A DNA stretch of 64,000 bases from Candidatus Omnitrophota bacterium (GTDB taxonomy: Bacteria > Omnitrophota > Gorgyraeia > Gygaellales > Profunditerraquicolaceae), in contig JACQXK010000004.1 of NCBI GenBank assembly GCA_016208765.1, positions 84,243-148,242 on the forward strand, given 5' to 3'. Below are positions 62,701 through 64,000 of this stretch, in pieces (the first letter of the stretch is position 1; every line of letters begins with the position of its first letter). The position numbers were made by a program, and so were the translations under genes. The notes below the pieces were generated by a model. That model had not been told where the DNA came from. It ran no database searches and worked only from the letters and a program-made list of their open reading frames with translations.

Positions 62701-64000
62701 AATGGCCTCCGCTTATTACAGGATGATCATAATTATTACTTATTACCGCTCGCTTAAAAATAATATTAAATTTATTAACCAGGCTATCCAAATTTTTGTT
62801 GCCGCAAAAATCTTTATCTACACCCGCATGGACAACTATCCTGTCTTCAATGCGCAATGCTGCAATACTTCTTTCTTTTGTCACTGCTTGGCGAATTCTA
62901 TTTTTCCATTTATCAGCAATCTTAGTGGTCCATTCCTGCGTATATTGCCTACCGATAAAATTTTGAAGTTCTTTTGGAACTTCAATTCTTTCCGATACAT
63001 ACATACCCTGCCTATCTGCTTCCTGAGAATCCCTATGATGCAAGTTAGCTAAATAGTTTAATTCGTGATTTCCTGCCAAGCGCAATACTTTACCGCCGAG
63101 TCTTGAAGCTTCTGCTTCTTTCTGCAATTTTGCAAGAATCTCCCAGCAAATTATTGCGCCCATCTCTGGATGCACATCTAGCACATCACCTGTCTGAACC
63201 AAAATAGCATCTCCGGCAATCCATTTAAGCTTGGCTATAATTCTTCTTGCCTCTTCCAATGTCTCACAAAACATTAATTTATTGGCATTATCCGGAGAGA
63301 TAAATCCTGCCCTCCTGAGAATTAAAACCAACGTTTTCCATTTGGCATGCAGATCCCCGATAATTAACCCGCGTAGTTTTATATCCGAAGGCAGACTATT
63401 AATCATCCCCGAACCTATCAAAGCATTCAAAGGAATAAACCCCATCTCCCTTTGACGAATTAATTCTAAAATTTTGGTTATTCTTTTTTCTTTCTGGGTG
63501 GCGTCTAAATTCAACAAATCGTAGCCTAATCTGATAAAAGCCGGGATACGCGGCTTACTTTCTTGCATTGCACAGATAGGACTAGTGGAGTGATTTAAAG
63601 GCAGTATAAAATTAACTTGAGTTCCATAAAAAGCATGTTCTCCTTCTTTAATTTCCGGAGGAGATCTCCCGCTGACAGTCAGGCATAAGCTACTAGCAGT
63701 TTCAGGGCAGTTTCTTTCTTTCTTTACGGCAGAGCTGGAGTTATAAAGAAACTGTCTACTGCTTTCTACAGCTAAAAAGGTGTGATTACTATGCAGCATA
63801 AACTCATAAATCGCGATTACTTCCCCCTTATTCTTGCAATATTGAGCTGCTTCTGCAATTGTAAAAGCATGTTCATTAGCTAGCTCATACAAAACCGCAG
63901 AACGTGCTTGCGGGAAAATAATATATAGCCTGCCTTCGTTAGGGTACAAACGATTAACAGCGCCAGCAAATAAACGCCGCAATGTTTTATAATCCTGGTC
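59747..64000 (-). CDS. Giant multidomain protein (at least 1411 aa; the 5' end lies beyond the window): metallophosphoesterase, GNAT acetyltransferase, C-terminal GHKL ATPase-like domain, and at least 3 repeat copies
   Basis: Metallophosphoesterase motifs GDLHAKW...GDVLD...GNHE (~62990-63350). GNAT IDIAPDYRGRGLGTEL (61925-61985). GLEGRGLGLAVARM (59890-59950). Repeats at 60921-61057 and 63709-63765. The ORF terminates in the repeat at 59729-59785 in a shifted frame. Confidence 0.5.
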   Translation of the reverse strand, partial: DQDYKTLRRLFAGAVNRLYPNEGRLYIIFPQARSAVLYELANEHAFTIAEAAQYCKNKGEVIAIYEFMLHSNHTFLAVESSRQFLYNSSSAVKKERNCPETASSLCLTVSGRSPPEIKEGEHAFYGTQVNFILPLNHSTSPICAMQESKPRIPAFIRLGYDLLNLDATQKEKRITKILELIRQREMGFIPLNALIGSGMINSLPSDIKLRGLIIGDLHAKWKTLVLILRRAGFISPDNANKLMFCETLEEARRIIAKLKWIAGDAILVQTGDVLDVHPEMGAIICWEILAKLQKEAEASRLGGKVLRLAGNHELNYLANLHHRDSQEADRQGMYVSERIEVPKELQNFIGRQYTQEWTTKIADKWKNRIRQAVTKERSIAALRIEDRIVVHAGVDKDFCGNKNLDSLVNKFNIIFKRAVISNNYDHPVISGGHWNKRTHHGIFDIRFWFLEASVPQIVAHTPDTKHFLVNKKRKAINVDVGIIGIRVNTNETYWSSPRPGEFYLRKWVVHKSGDDALAIIGTRPASYFSGKESVSSAVGEKTSLACYNSYEPQRHYRDLIYTLDSEGRKMVPLLYVPADRLSIFQCRFAVLGLYHWYSNYFNKNDRKTEDSKRMLDELNDSLEWFIRKLEQGKREEMGGDLRLDFLRSVRLAISLEDGEFGEFKGYLYFFGSIHYIDIAPDYRGRGLGTELTMAAFQEIIGCNSMEYISVYAVRQRFADIFNYFNSVVRPLGEKKLSKGDGTQNLTLTKQEASEWIEVQRKRTQERIVRLGLKEFKDSKGISSIWGYASSSMRPLECFNGVRHIIIDAEDSRKQVGIENLMKQTGLGCGRNLEILRQGHYSCLKPHNELIVDPAVDKDKLKDFVLDPQATDFIVSGGYFESCHWQWFLWAAELRKNAKLRATFHFIFDTIYGTPGFSIRKHFSKAAIKDNLYFHYLLHHKGVFYNFALNERYFWEGFNHSDGALFYWWSTERFLSWYLDQRNSGDTILNSNEGVSSAVLKGPSFPNNLETVSESIGTVGKRGASSAAEEKTEPAYLFTKLFLKYFREHFERLIFSIKKRLIFRVIGKVSALQNIGNERIAMEEAIKLYDRYLSKYLKGLQKLIGNFNSVFPDHGQSSKTDYSKNRVNQLISKLLDIYDKGNGEELIKRDYADPTLGLIMTNLYDLVDEFPTFMKDKKVIALNKQRYFYLMDLYLKVIRVIYRTARIFYFNVIERDPANEERYRFQSPRLHELYEGFGLSWVKILPMIRGLMVGEELQDLANVLGKRYIYDFKIESALKEAQFFLTEDDIANAIYEVIRNALSAAYPGTTVEGRIFRRNKDEIVIEISNQGVNLSGFAIRNVLKYLYSTKVNIGLEGRGLGLAVARMATSINNLVIEIESDGIVNRWKRNSSRIKRQTLSKSDFSGTRDSSIITLALP

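Noticed and set aside
46462-63765. CRISPR array as an explanation for the regular repeats
   Set aside because: The repeats are 140-205 nt, unevenly spaced by kilobases, lie inside a continuous ORF, and have no short unique spacers or cas genes nearby.
46462-63765. Inteins as an explanation for the in-frame inserts
   Set aside because: The inserts encode only ~50-65 aa and lack intein blocks (N-terminal Cys/Ser, HNF and terminal Asn motifs). They sit between domains, not within conserved host motifs.

Overview
64 kb window from an AT-rich bacterial genome, probably an anaerobic, metagenome-derived lineage (giant genes and a REP/RAYT element suggest Omnitrophota/Elusimicrobia-like; this is a guess from gene content only). 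Almost every gene is on the minus strand. The window falls into five blocks.

(1) 1-13.8 kb: a nitrogen-assimilation regulon. It contains a partial gltB, a 77-aa Fis/NtrC-type HTH mini-protein, type-III glutamine synthetase, and two diverged amtB paralogues each followed by a near-identical N-terminally truncated glnK. It also holds an outer-membrane beta-barrel protein, an ECF-like sigma factor, a GAF-ANTAR antiterminator, an aminotransferase, Lrp and nadE. At least four of its 5' leaders share a bipartite promoter-like motif (TACAAGTAAA-N13-TGGTAAC on the plus strand) followed by a hexaloop hairpin that overlaps an intrinsic terminator, which is the ANTAR antitermination architecture.

(2) 13.9-24.8 kb: a Pho regulon. 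Genes are oprO/P porin, pstS, pstC, pstA, two pstB, a four-helix-bundle protein gene, phoU, greA and phoR-phoB. Two or three 11-bp-periodic direct-repeat Pho boxes are visible. A roughly 180-nt GC-rich nested-stem element sits inside the pst operon.

(3) 24.8-31.6 kb: housekeeping genes (queG-like, mnmG, apgM, class II RNR nrdJ). A REP-associated tyrosine transposase (RAYT) is flanked by REP arms, and a second solo REP doublet lies at 38.15 kb.

(4) 31.8-45.4 kb: a glycan-utilisation locus. It has LacI and ROK regulators, secreted TIM-barrel glycoside-hydrolase-like proteins, a tandem-duplicated binding protein, a sugar ABC transporter and a PilZ protein.

(5) 45.5-64.0 kb: four head-to-tail giant ORFs of 1106, 3014, 613 and at least 1411 codons. 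They string together unrelated enzyme domains: NAD-epimerase, arginase-like, B12-radical SAM, a second radical SAM, transglutaminase-like, GHKL ATPase, metallophosphoesterase and GNAT. The domains are separated by about 13 copies of a roughly 90 %-identical, modular, partly palindromic DNA repeat of 140-205 nt that is always inserted in the same orientation and reading frame. It encodes ...NSGDTIFNSDEGASSAVLKEPSFPNNLETVSESIGTVGKRGASSAAEDRGQLHYNSSSAIKKEGNG.... Two of the ORF boundaries are simple frame slips, one of them inside a repeat, so the locus may be a single gene of more than 15 kb. This is the most unusual content of the window.
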